Source: Camelus ferus (taxonomy: Eukaryota). From it: a stretch of DNA of 64,000 nucleotides. The stretch is taken from contig NC_045696.1 of the NCBI RefSeq assembly GCF_009834535.1, positions 60,514,001 through 60,578,000 of the forward strand, read 5' to 3'. The translations under genes and the position numbers were made by a program. The notes beneath the pieces were generated by a model. It saw only the letters and a program-made list of their open reading frames with translations. It was not told where the DNA came from and did no database searches. Positions 35,683-48,752 of the stretch are shown piece after piece (within the stretch, counting starts at the first letter, position 1; the number at the start of each line of letters is the position of its first letter).

Positions 35683-38600
35683 AGAGGTCACTGGTCACCT
35701 GTGCAGTTAGTTTCACCTAGCGGGCTGTAGGGAGTTCACAGGGAGAGGGGAGAGTGAACAGAGAAGAGGAAAGACCATGTGAGAAGGTTAGTGGTCACGG
35801 GAAATCAGGAAAATGATGGTAGTTTGAGGAGGAGCAGAATAGAAAGATGATCTGTGCAAGAGGGGAAGTACTATGTAGGTTTGTGGACAGCAAGAAAAAA
35901 TCAGGAGGGAAGAGAGAGACCAGATGCTGATGAGGTCAGCCTTGGACACTTTCTTTGGAACAAGAGGGCAGGGGAAGACAGCGAGTAAAGAGGCATACTG
36001 TAACACAGAGAGTAGGAAAGTTGACAAGCACAGATTCAGGTGACCTCAATTCCAGCCACGCAGGTGAGATCACCTGCCTCCAAAACTCCCTGTTTCCAAA
36101 TGTATAGGCTGCCGGGATCTTACAACAGGTAAGAGTGATGCTTCATGGGTCTGACTAGTGTTCTGCCGCCTGGGGCCACCTGGCCACCTGGAGGGTATTA
36201 GTGAGTATGCACTGCCTACCCTATAGGGTTGGAACCTACAGAGAGCAGCTTCTCACCTGGAAAGCCAAATAGACAGTGTGGACACAGAGACAGCCCCCGC
36301 TAAATATTTGTTAAGTCAATGAATATATGAATGGATGAACAAACACATTTCTCATTCCACAACTCTGAATAGTTGCACATGTTCAGAACATTTTAATTCC
36401 TCTTCAAGCAGCGTGATTCCTTACAGGCTGACATTCATTTTGACAGGTTCCATTCCCAAACCTGTGAGGACCCACGCAGACTAAATGCTGACTGTCCAGT
36501 TTAAAGAGATAGAACCAATAATAGGCTGCTTCTTACCGCACAGGAAAATATCCTTTCGGGAAGTTCTGTGTATTTGTTCCCAATCACCGTAACGTCACAT
36601 TGTTTCAGGTGTCAGGCAAGCCATGACAGAACTCAAGAATCCAGATATTTCAGGCAAGGAAAACTCCCCTCCCAGTTTTTGTACTTAATTGTCCATCATC
36701 TCTACTTTGTATTTCAGGAGATTATTTCCAGGAAGATGATGAAATTAGAAGGAGAAAATCAGATCAGAAGTGGTCTTATCATCCATCCACCACCCACAAA
36801 AATCAGAAAGCCTTTTACTATGAAGTTATTGTATATACTGATGTGCTGAGAACTGAACAAACCAAATGACAAAAGATCTAGTGGCTGCTGCCTGGGCTGC
36901 TGTTGACATAGGTTTGGAAGCCTCCCTCCTGTAGGAAGGTCCCAACCCCGTGACCACCTGAGATCTTGGCCCTTCCCCAAGTTTTTTTCTGAAACGAGCC
37001 CATTCTGTTAATGAGTCACAGAACATCTTCACTGCAGAGGGAGAATCTCCAGGTTCAACTATTACAACTGGAGAAAGTACAAGCAAGCAGGGTGATTACA
37101 TCACTTCTAATTACAATTCCTCTTTCTGGCTCCAACGTGAGGAAGCAGTGCACTTGCTTTTAGCCTCACCTCCAGACTGCCAGCTCTCCAAGTGGCCTTC
37201 ACCTTCTGAAGGGCAAAGCTGCCTCTGGTCTCCTAGCCTTGGAAATCTCCCTGAATTTGTCTCTCTCCAAGACAAGACGTTCTTTAGAGCGTTCTTTAAA
37301 GCCCAGACTCTGACGCAAGACAGAAACAGGTGTGCGAGTTTGCTGAGACAACTGTCTTCTTCCTTCTCCAAGAGGAGTGGCTTTTGATGACTATATTTGG
37401 GGCACTGCCTCGGCCTCCTCCGTGCTCTCCTAGAACCCTGAGCTTCCCAGTGTCCTCAGTAGGGGAGCAGGGCACTAACACCAATATCCACTGTTGGTCT
37501 CAATCCCTCTCTGCCTTCCAGATTATTCCGCTCACTTTTGGGGACCACCCAGTCCTCCCACATCACTTTTCTTTGACATCAGATCCTCTGACTTCTCAGC
37601 CTACGTGCCAGAGCGCCAACAGGGTTCTTCCTGCCCAGGGCACGGGGAGCACTTTCCTACCTTGCTTTTCATTCTTTTCCATCTGTGACCTCCCTCTTTC
37701 CTGTACTACAAAGAAAACACACAGAGAAGACCACACATTTTCAAGATGTGTAATAAAGAAAATTAAAGGAGTCATTGTACTAAAATTACAAAGTAGCATT
37801 TGTGTCTAATCCTTGGTCACAAATTGGTTCTAAATCCTGTCCAGGCTTCTCGGATCACGCAGTGATGGTCACCCAAGATTTGTGCCTCTCCCAGGACTAT
37901 CTCAGACTATGCCCAAGTCCCCATGCTGACCCAGCCTGGGCCCAGCCTCCTCTTCTAATTACAGAGAGGCTGGCCTCTGGTGGTCTGGTGTCTGAATCTT
38001 GCCATAGCCCTTGATGCATCCGATACCTCATACCCAGTCTTTAGTTCTGGGTGTCATATTTTAAGAAGCAAAGTGACAGACTTGAGAGAACAACCAAGTG
38101 GCGAGGGCTCTAGAAACCATCTTACACCCAGAATAGTCAGAGAAATTGAGGACCTGGGCTAGAGAAGAGAGGGCTTGGGGAGTGGACAAGGCAGTCATAG
38201 AGACAGATGAGATACATTTGCTGTTTTCAGCCCAACCCAACAATATACCTTTCTTCCAGTAACCCAGCTATACTAAAGTGGTGCAGACTCTTCTAGAAAA
38301 TGGTGTTTCTTCATCTAAATTGTTCTAGCAGAGATGTTCCCCCTAGCAGAAATGTTCCACACAAGATTCTTGTGCCGGGTGAGGGCTGGCCTTCCAACTG
38401 TCTATTTCCATGGAAAAAAAAGAGGGAGGGCCCGGGGGCTTTTGGTGACTATGATCCTGTTAAACCTTGCTGCTGGCTTGGCTCTAGACATCAGTCAGAT
38501 TTCACCTATTATTATTACCCTTTGAAATTCTGACACGCTCTCCAGGCATTTAAAATACTCCCTTCTATAGGATGACACAGCTTGCCAGCTTTATATTTCA

Positions 38601-39054
38601 AACTTCAAAGCTGCTTTGGAAATAAAAATTTGCTTTTACAATTTTAAAGGTTTCTAGCCACAAGAAAGGTGGCCTGAACTTTGGAAATTGGCTTTTGAAA
38701 TTTAGACCTATTGACCAATTTCCTGGTGAGCCTGAAAGTCCCTCTGCAAGCAGCCTGTTTCCCTTCCCTTTGCTCCCTGGCAGACTGGCCTGCCTCCTGT
38801 CCAGAGCAGTCTGCAGCAGGGTTCCCCAGTTGGGCTGGGATTGGGTTCAGGCATCGGTCACTTTTTTAATTCTCTGGGTCATTCTAATGTGCAGCGAGAG
38901 GTGAGATGCTCTGCTCTCGAAGGTCTGAGAATTGCCATTTGTAACCATGTTCCTCACAGACATCATTTTAGAACAAGCCAATTTACTAAGATTCTAGAAG
39001 CTTAACAGTGCTAGCATATCACAAAATGCCACTCCGAAATAAATGGACAGGGTT

Positions 39055-39160
39055 GGGGGGTTGGGTATATCTCAGTGGTGGAGTGCATACTTAGCATGCA
39101 TGAGATCCTGGGTTCAATCCCCAGTACCTCCATTAAAAAGAAATTAAAAAAAGAGAAAGA
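39055..39160 (+). mobile_element. tRNA-derived SINE (Vic-1-like)
   Basis: A/B boxes, cttagcatgca core, A-rich tail; TSD-like AAATGGA on both sides. Confidence 0.88.
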
Positions 39161-41407
39161 AAGAAATGGATGAATTCTTTATATCTGTGGTCTTGATTCT
39201 CAGAGGACCTCGTGCCTCAGGTCCACTAGACCCACTATGATGGTGGAGGGTGAGGGACATTTTTACATCACTAATGACAAAATGGCGGGGGTTATGTTCA
39301 GGCTAAACTCACCTACAGGTGTCGCAAGAGTTTCTCTTGGATGCTCCTTGCCAACACACAGCTTGCCCAGGCCTGGACAAAAACATATTTCTCTGAAGCT
39401 TCCACAGTCTCAGACAAGAAAGCGTTCCTTTCAGGAGGCTTTTGACATGCTGATTCACAGCTGTTTAGAGTCAAGAATAGCTCCCCACTGGGAAAATCAC
39501 AACCATGCTGACGACTGGGATAAAACTGCCCGCAGGAGCTGATGAGCCAGCAGACTCGTCCTTTCGGGTGGTGCTAGGTCCACAGCAGCCCCACACGAAG
39601 GCAAACCGCGTGGAGGCACGGGTCTCAGGGGTCCTCCACACCCGTGTGACCTCAAAGCCTAGAACAACATCTGGCGTGGAGGGCGTGCTCAAGAAATGTA
39701 TTCACTGGATGAATGAGTGACTCGGTCAATCAAATGCTAATCAGAGAGAACGCCAGAGACTATCACTTTTACTTAAAAATAAACAAGGAAAACATTTATA
39801 TTCCAGAGTCTGGTTTCCCCAGAGCTTCACAGAAATGCTCCAGTACTAGCAGAGGAAGACCTTCTGGACAACGTTCGCCTAGCGGGGAGCATGCCAAGAT
39901 AGCTCAGTCTATACGATCCCTAAATCTGTCTCTAAATAACCAGTGTAAATGCTTTCAATCAAGAGATCTCCCCACTGCACCCCCTTCAGCCTGAGCATCA
40001 TGGAAGCAGCCCTCTGAGCTGCCTCCCCCAACTCAGGGGTTCCCTCATACTAATGGTACTGATTTCCCCCCAGGGAGGGCCCCTCTCATATCCACTTCCT
40101 GTGCCCCAGGTCTCAAGCCTGACCCCCCATATGCTTGCATAATTCCAGTTTAACCAATCATAGAACCCTGCCCAGCTGGGTGACGAATCGCCAAGTCCTT
40201 CTCCTCAGAGAAAGCAACTTAGAAAAAAAAAATCTTTTTTTTGGACCTCAAAAAATTAGACCTAGGCATGTCCAGCCCTGCCAGTGTTAGCAATCATCTG
40301 CTGGAGAAGCACACAAATTTGAGCAAAAAAAGCCAAGCAGCTGCACTCTCCCAATCTCCAGGGCCCTGGACTCATCCCGTGGAAGGTAAAAATCCTTTCT
40401 TGGAATATGAAATGTGGGACTGAGTGAAAAGATTCTGACCCAACCATCTTTCTCCTGGGCTCCCACATCATTCCCCTAGAAGCAGCCCAGGTATAAAGGG
40501 AAGCGTTCACATCTGTTGCTTTTTAGTTTTCCCGTCAGCCCGGCTGCTGAACACGTGACTTGGCAGAGCCTAGGGGTTCTCCCAGAGCCTCTGACTGGTA
40601 CAATAAGGAATTTTTTACTTTGAGGCTTAGTCAGCTTTCCAATGAAAGGAATTCACTATGTCTCAGTATAGGTACTGCCTGTATCAATGTGCATGTGGAA
40701 AAATCAGATGCCTGGACCCAATAGTTAAAGTGTTGAATTGCTTATGTTTATCACATTCTCTAGCTGAGATTCAAAGTGAGGGATTAAATGCTGGCAACCT
40801 GGGAGCTGGCATCATCAGTGGCTCTAGAAAAGTCCCCTCTATGATGCATCATTTAGACTGGGAAGATTGTTCCCTATGGACTGCACACTTCTAGGGATGT
40901 TCATCTTAAATGAAGAGGGAACTATTCAAGCAGCTTACTCTGTAACAATAACCTATGATTGTTAACTACAGGTTAATGCTTTAAAAAAAGAGCAGCATTC
41001 AAATTCCTAATCAAGAAGTCATTGTTACCAATAATAATTTCCCCCTCTCTGCCTTGAAATAAGCATCTGACACAGGGTGGAAAGTGATCACTTGTTTAGG
41101 AAACTCACTCTATTCACATTATCACAACCACTGGGAGGGTCAATTAAATGAGATGGAAGGATTAGGACTGAGAGGCAAGGCTGAGAGACAGACATTACAT
41201 TTAAAGTAGCACCTGGTTAGCAGCCGCCTTATGTAGTGTTCCCAAACTACCAACCCCCCACCCCCCACCGCCCAAATATAAGCAGACACAAAAAAAGATT
41301 AAAACTTCTGATTCATCTAGAGATTAAAAAAAAAATTCATCTGACAAGCACTGAATAACTAGTCACATCTTTCAAGAAATTTCTAGTCCAATAACTAAAC
41401 CAAACTC

Positions 41408-41700
41408 TGTTTTAGTTAACTATTGCTGTGTAACAAATTGCCTCAAAACTTAGAGGCTTAAAACATTTATTTGCTCACAGTTCCTGTGGGTCAGAGTCCA
41501 AGCATGGCTTAGCTGCGTCCCTGGCTCTGGGTCTCACAAAGCCATAGTCATCTTAAGGCTCTGCAAGGAAGGACTCACTTCCTCCCTGACTCACTTGGTT
41601 GATGGTGGGATTCAGCTCCTTAACAGTTGTTGAACTGAGGATTCCTTGGTTCATTGAGATATGGGCTTCTCCAGAGAGCTTATCACAACAAGGCAGCTTT
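41408..41700 (-). mobile_element. MaLR LTR fragment (MLT1-type)
   Basis: 'tgttttagttaactattgctgtgtaacaaattgcctcaaaacttagaggcttaaaaca'. Confidence 0.8.
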
Positions 41701-41859
41701 TGAGGAATTTTAATAATAAAACAGAATGGAGTAAACCTGGAGACAAGCAGGAATACTTCCAAATTCCCCACCCATCCTGCACTCTCAGCTGATTTGAGGA
41801 ATGTCTTCAATGTTTCATGCCTCCCATCTGCATCTAGGTGTTCTTCTTATTCCTCCCTT

Positions 41860-44680
41860 CACTGATTCATCATTTCAACTAATCTTGGGGCTCTCTGTAT
41901 CTGCTGAGAACTACTTTAGGTAGTGGGAATACAACAGTGAAAAAAACACATTTCCAATTCTTAGGAAGTTTACATTCCAGTAGAGAAATCAGATGATAAA
42001 TAAATAAGAAATGTATAGGTTATCAGAAGACAAGTTGCTATAGAAAAAAAATAAGACAGGCTAGATGGGAGAGGGAGGGCTGGGGGGGGTATGCAAGTGC
42101 ATGTTGCGGGAGGTTATGATGTGACATTTGAGCAGACACCTGATGGAAAGTAGGAGTCTTGGGATGGTGGTGTGTTTGTTTAAGGAACAGCAGTGAAGTT
42201 GGTGGGGCTGAAGCAAAGTCAGTAAAGCAGAGAATAGTAAGGCTAGAGGTCAGAGAGGCATCTGAGCCCTGGAAAGTAGTGGAGTTCACTGCACAATAAC
42301 TTGTAAGTCATTTTAAGACTTTGGATTTTACAGTGGGCAGATTTGGAGAAGAGGAGTCACATGATTTTATGGAAGACCATTTGGTTTTCAGGTTTAAAAA
42401 GACACTGTCTGTGAGTTTTGGGGGCGAGATTGGAAGTCAGAAGAACAGTTGCAAAATTATGGAAGTAATCCAGGCAAAAGTAGTAAGAAGTGATTGGATT
42501 CTGGATCTATTTTAAAGGTAGAATAAACAGGATTTAATGGAAAAATGAATATGGGATGTGGGCAAAAAAAGAGCACTAAAGACAATTCCAAAGTTTTTCC
42601 TGAGCAAGTGGTGTCATTTATAGGGAAGAAGAATACTGGTGGGGAGATGGGAAAGGTTCATAAATCAAGAATTCTGATAGAACTAGAACAAATAATTCTA
42701 AAATCTATATGGAATCACAAAAGACCCCAAATAGCCAAAGCAATCTTCAGTGAAAAGGACGAGGCTAGAGGTATCATCCTCCCTGACTTTAGACTATACT
42801 ACAAAGCTACAGTAATCAAACCAGCACGGTACTGGCACAAAAAACAAACATAGATCAATGGAACAGAATAGAGAGCCCAGAAATAAACCCACTACACCTA
42901 TGGTCAATTAATCTATGACAAAGGAGGCAAGGATATACAATGGAGAAAAGATAGCCTCTTCAACACGTGGTACTGGGAAAACTGGACAGATACATGTAAA
43001 AGATGAAATTATAACATTTTCCCACACTACATACAAAAATAAACTCAAAATGAATTAAAGATCAGAAACCATCAAAGTCATAGAAGAAAACATAGGCAGA
43101 ACACTCTTTGACATAAATTGTAGCAATATTGTTTTGGATCTGTCTCCTCAGGCAAAGGAAACAAAAGCAAAAATAAACAACTGGGACCTAATTAAATTTA
43201 AAATCTTTTGTACAGAAAAGGAAACTACCAACAAAATGAAGAGATAATTTACTGAATGGGAGAAAATATTTTTAAATAATATGACCAATAAGGAATTAAT
43301 ATCTAAAATATATAAACAGCTCATACAATTCAATAAAAAAAAAAAAAAACCACACAACCCAGTTAAAAAATGGGCAGAAGACCTGAAAAGACATTTTGCT
43401 AAAGAAGACATAGATGGCCAGCAGGCACATGGAAAGATGCTCAACATTGCTAATCATCAGAGAAATGTAAATCAAAACCACAATGACATATCATCTCACA
43501 CCTGTTACAATGGCTATCATCAAAAACACCACAAATAATAAATGTTGGTCAGGATGTGGAGAAAAGGGAACACTTGGACACTGTTGGTGGGAATGTAAAT
43601 TGGTGGCTATCAATATATCATATCACAGTGGCTATCCACTATGGAAAACAGTATGGAGTTTCCTCAAAAATCTAAAAATAGAACTACCATGTGATCCAGT
43701 AATTCCACTCCTGGGTATATATCTGAAGACAACAAAAACAGTAATTTGAAAAGATATATGCACCCCAATGTTCATAGCAACATTATAATAACTAAGATAT
43801 GGAAGCAACCTAAGTGTCCAACAACAGACAAATGGCTAAAGGAGATGTCGTATATATACACAATGGAATACTACTCAGCCATAAAAAGAATGAAATCCTG
43901 CAATTTGCAACAACATGGATAGACCTAGAGGGTATTATGCTTAGTAATATAAGTCAGACAGAGAAAGATAAATATTGTATATTATCACTTAATATGTGAA
44001 CTTAAAAAAATAAACAAACGAATGTAACAAAACAGACACAGACTCATAGAAAAAGAGAACAAACTAGTAGGTACCAGTGGGGAGAGGGAAGGGAAGAGCA
44101 GCAAGACACGATAGAGAGTTAAGATGTACAAACTACAATGTCTAAAATAAATAACCTGTAGGGACATATTGTAAAGCATAAGGAAACATAGCTATTATTT
44201 TATAATAACTTTAAATGGAGTATAACCTATAAAAACATTGAATCATTATGTTGTACAACTGAAATCAATATCATATTAAAAATCAACTGTACATCAATTA
44301 AAACAATAATAAAATATAGATAAGTGAATAATAAAAGGAAATCTGTTTCAGATATGTTTGTTTGTGATGCCTACTAGACATCCAGGTGGACAAATCAGAT
44401 AGGCCACTGGATAAATGAGTCTGGGGTTCAGGGATGGACTCAGGGCTGAAGATGGAAATCTGTGAGTCATCAGGTTACAGACATCAAAACCGTAAGAGTC
44501 AATGAATTCACTAGGAAATTAGGGTAGAGAAGAGAAAAGAGATCCAGGGACTGAACCCTGGGCTACTCTAATGCTGGGAGGGGGATGCCAGGAAAAGCGC
44601 AAGTGACTAGTAAGGCAGGAGGAGAATGAAGAAAAAGTGCTGTCCAGGAAAAGAAGGGAAGAAAGTATCCCAAGTATTTG
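41860..44680 (-). mobile_element. L2 element interrupted by an L1
   Basis: Antisense L2 motifs at 41860-42670 resume at ~44345 (agacatccaggtgga...gagtctggggttcaggga). Confidence 0.8.
42677..44330 (+). mobile_element. 5'-truncated L1 (~1.65 kb)
   Basis: ORF2-like peptide [22 protein letters not shown]...[21 protein letters not shown]; 3'UTR and decayed A tail. Confidence 0.95.
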
Positions 44681-44969
44681 AATCTTCCTTGCAGTGTTTT
44701 TCAATTGCTCACGTGCATAAGAATCACTCTACAAGGTTTCTACCCAATACCTTATTTCCTTGTGGGAAATTTAAAACATTTTCAGAGTAATTTTGACTTG
44801 GCTTGATTTTAGCCATAGGTGCTGATGCAAGAAGGTAACTGCGATGGAATGGGATCTACTTGTAGGTCCCGGTGAGCCAGGAGGATTGTGAAGTTCTCTA
44901 AGGACAGAGCGCTGTTTACTGGGGAGTCCAGTGTTGGGGGCTTACTTCGTTGAATTTTTTGGTAATTGT

Positions 44970-46190
44970 TATTTTTAAACCTCTTTGTTATAGAGAATAT
45001 CAAATGTGCAAAATTAGCAGAATAGTCTAATGAATAACAGCCTCTGTGTTCCCATTACCCAGTTCAACAATTCTCAATTCATGACCAATCTTGTTTCTTG
45101 CCTAATCCATCCACTAACCCCATATACTTTGAAACAGACTCCAAACATTATACCATTTCATCTGTGAAAATTTTAGCATGTATCTGTAAAAATACTTTTT
45201 TTTATCATGTTAAGATAATATCATTATCACACCCAAAGTTTAATGTAATTGCTTAATATTATGAGAAATCCAGCCAGTGCTCAAATTTTCAATTGTTTGA
45301 TAAATATCATGATTTTTTTAACAGTTTGCGTAAATAAGTTCTAAACGTTAAGAATGGTGATAATACTATCTTTTAAGTCTCTACACATTCTCCTTTTATC
45401 ATTTCTCATATGTACATGTATTTTTTTCTTTTCCTGGCAAATTATTTGTGGAAGGGAGCAGGCAGTTTCCCACCATCTGGATTTTGATGATTGCATCCTT
45501 GTGTTGGTGGTGGTGAAATGCTTAGCATGCTCCTCTAGCCTCTGAATTTCCTATATAAGGGAGTTGAATCTAGAGGCTTGATTAGGTTTGTTAGATTTTT
45601 CTAAGCAAGGCTAATTCACAGGTGCTGCTGTTTTCTTCCACCAGGAGTCCCTTAATGTCTAGTTGCATCTTTTTGTGATGTTGGCAGCTGTTGATGGTCA
45701 AAGCCTAGGTTCACTATTACATTGGGGGTTGTAGAATGGTTCCAATTCTATCCATCTTTCTTCACTTACTAACTGTAATGCTCCTATAAAGAGAAACTCC
45801 CCAAAATTGGCATTTGGTTTCTCTGTGATTAGGTTCAAAAAAGGAAAGGTAACATAAATGCTTGATTTCTTACTTAATTTATCAATTTTCAAAATAACGA
45901 GTTGGTCTCTAGCATCCTCCCACAGAGGCCAGTCAGGGCTTTGGCGGTGAGGGTGTATTGTGAATGCATGGCTTTAATTATTTAAGTGCTTCAATCCACT
46001 AACGCTATCCTCATGGCTGCTCAAGTTATCCCCCATTGGCCAATGGAAGCTCTCATGTTGATTCCTGAATCCTTTTCATGCATAATCTTTACTATCTGGT
46101 GTGACAAGATGTTCAAGTATATCTTGTGTATTTCTTATCTACATCTGGAATCAGCCATTTCCCCTAGAAGCCCTGGGTCCTTTTAATGGA
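44970..46190 (-). mobile_element. Old L1MC-like 3'UTR
   Basis: 'attacccagttcaacaattctcaattcatgaccaatcttgtttc' and 'ctggaatcagccatttcccctagaagccctgg'. Confidence 0.7.
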
Positions 46191-47029
46191 AAAGGAACTG
46201 AAGTTGTTAGGGACCATATAGGGTCACACAATCAGAGACGGGTAGCAGGTGTTGAAGGAGAGGCCACTTCAGTGAGCAAAGCTGTACTAGAGTCCTCTAG
46301 AGTCAAAGTCCTCCTCAGAATTTGACTGGGAACCATTCACACCAGCCTCCTCTCAAGCTGTTGATCTAAGAAAAGGATGCTATTATCTCCCAAGCAGACA
46401 GTGTTGGGCCAAGTTGACAGCATTGTTTCATTCAATCCAAGTAAGTACAAGGAGAAAAAAAATGGAGCCCATGAAAAACTACTATTAAATAAGAGAAGGG
46501 ACAAACCCCTTCCTCCCTAAAGAGCAGGAAGAAGGGACAAATGTCTGAAAACACAGACTGCTCCAGGATACAGAAAGAAAATGCTGGGAAATTGTTTGGC
46601 ATCCTCAATAAGAAGGAAGAAGAGATGGGTTTCATAAAACATGAGCAAACAGTCAATGGATGAAAAAAAGCTGAGAAGAAAAAAAACAAAATAAATAGAA
46701 AGATCGATGCATGAGAGAAAGAATTCTAAGGAAAAAAAAGAAAAAGAATTCTAAGATAAAATTATAAACGCAAGAGCAAAAATATGATCAGACTCTACAT
46801 CTACACATAAAATACTGTTGTTTCCACCTAACAATATATGAGAAACATCTTTCCATATGTCATTAAATACTTTTTACCATAGTATTCCTAATGACTGGAC
46901 TGCACGGCTAATTCAACATATGAAGAGTCATACTTCACTGAACTCACCCTCTCACGTTAGAAAATTAGGTGTTTTCCAAGTTTTCCTGCCATTAGGAGCA
47001 ACATGAAGAGGGCACTTCTTGTATATCTG

Positions 47030-48540
47030 CTGATGTATTCAATAACTATTTACTGAGCATCTAATGATTATTACTGGGCACATGCTGGGGTACATGGTGG
47101 TGAAAGAGATGGATGCCACTCCCATCTTCATGGACCTTGCAGTCCAACAGGGAAACAGGACAATTAAGTAAGAACTTTTGTGGAATCTAAAAAAAGAAAA
47201 AGACACTAATGAACTCTTCTACAAAACAGAAACAGACTTACAGACATAGTAAACAATTTTATGGTTACTGGGGGAAAGAGGGTGGGAAGGGATAAATTTG
47301 GGGGTTTGAGATTTGTAAATATTAACTACTATATATAAAAATAGATAAAAAACAAATTTCTTCTGTACAGCACAGTGAACTATATTCAATACCTTGTAAT
47401 AACCTTTAATGAAAAAGAATATGAAAACAAATATATGTATGTATATGCATGACTGGGATATTGTGCTGTACACCAGAATTTAATATATTGTAACTGACTG
47501 TACTTCAATTTTTTTTTTTAAAGTAAGAACTTTTAATCCTTTAGTGATAAATGGTAGAGAAATTGTATGATGACAAGGAAGCACATGGGCAGGAAGCCTA
47601 ACCTACCTTAGATTTTCCTGAGAAATTGATATTTAATCTGAGACCTGAAATGAGAGGAGATAAGCTAAGTAAAGAACGGCAAATAATATTTTCAGGAGAA
47701 AGAACAGTATGCGCAAAGGCCTGAATGTGAGGAGAGCAAGGCACCCTCCAGATGAAAGAAATTCAGCAGCAGGTCACCACGGCCTTGTCACGGAAGGATG
47801 TTCAGCACGCGCGTGCCACGATCAAATTTTCTGGTCTAGAGGAGGCACTCTGGAGTACAATGGACACTGGACTGGAGTGTAGCATGACTTAGAGAGGCCA
47901 TGTGGGAGGCGGTTCAATAGCCCAGGCAAGAAAGGGTGGTGAGCCAGAGGGCGTGCTGGCAGAGAGGACTCAAAGAGGCAAATGGACCTGGAGAATACTG
48001 AGGAGAGACTGACTCATTTGATGTGGGTGGTAAGGGAGAGGGGAGGCAAAGCTGGATCCCAGACTTCTGACTTTAGCAACCAAGTGGTGTCATTTATTAG
48101 TAACTGAAGAGATGAGAGAAAGCACAAGTTCAGTTCGGTAACGTTGAGTTTGAGGTTCCTACAAAATTCCCAAATGGCAAGAGCCAAAATGCAGCTGGGT
48201 ACACAGATTTGCAGCTCAGGGTCTCCCTGACCTGGACTGGAACTCTAGATGAAAGCTTTGGGAGCAGTGGAGATCTTACAGAAAGAATACAAAGAGGGAG
48301 GAAGAAAAGCACCTCGGGCAGACCCTGAGGAATGGGGGCAACACTGAAGGGCTGAGCAAAGGAAAAAGACGTCTAGAAGGAATAGCCAACAAGGTAGGAG
48401 GAAACCCAGGGGGAAACGCAGCTTTACAGAAGCTGAGGAAGGAGGTGAACTGAGAGGGAGGGTGTGGCTAACAGCCTCAAATATTTCCAAGAAGTTAAGA
48501 CAAGGGCTGAAAAGACTCCACTGGATTTAGTGACCACCTA
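47030..48540 (-). mobile_element. L2 element interrupted by a short L1
   Basis: 'attcaataactatttactgagcatcta' start and antisense L2 body motifs up to 'ccactggatttagtgac'. Confidence 0.75.
47180..47520 (+). mobile_element. Short L1 3'UTR insertion
   Basis: Perfect 14-bp TSD AAGTAAGAACTTTT at 47166-47179 and 47521-47534; near-identical to 18451-18785. Confidence 0.95.
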
Positions 48541-48620
48541 CGTGACAGGACAAGAGCAGTGACAGCACTGAGCCAGGCGTGGTGAACATATTTCACGGTA
48601 AAGAGTTAGATTTGACTCTT

Positions 48621-48752
48621 TGCGGGGAATGGGGGGTAATTAGGTTTAATTATTTATTTATTGTTTAACAGAGGTGCTGGGGATTGAACTTAGAACCTTG
48701 TACATGCTAAGCATGGGCTCTACCACTGAGCTACACCCCAACTCACCTCTTG
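48621..48752 (-). mobile_element. tRNA-derived SINE (Vic-1-like)
   Basis: Reverse complement of the SINE at 21807; TSD TTTGACTCTT at 48611-48620 and 48753-48762. Confidence 0.9.

Larger units (their letters stand above)
15275..37387 (+). pseudogene. Putative unprocessed (unitary) pseudogene of a leucine-rich-repeat protein; relic exons between repeats
   Basis: Candidate AG/GT-bounded exons at 16792-16910, 19274-19443, 19706-19758, 20983-21137, 22049-~22280, 28804-28928, 30989-31095, 32988-33330 and 36718-37387. LRR-like and LRRcap-like peptides, in-frame stops and frameshifts. Confidence 0.5.
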
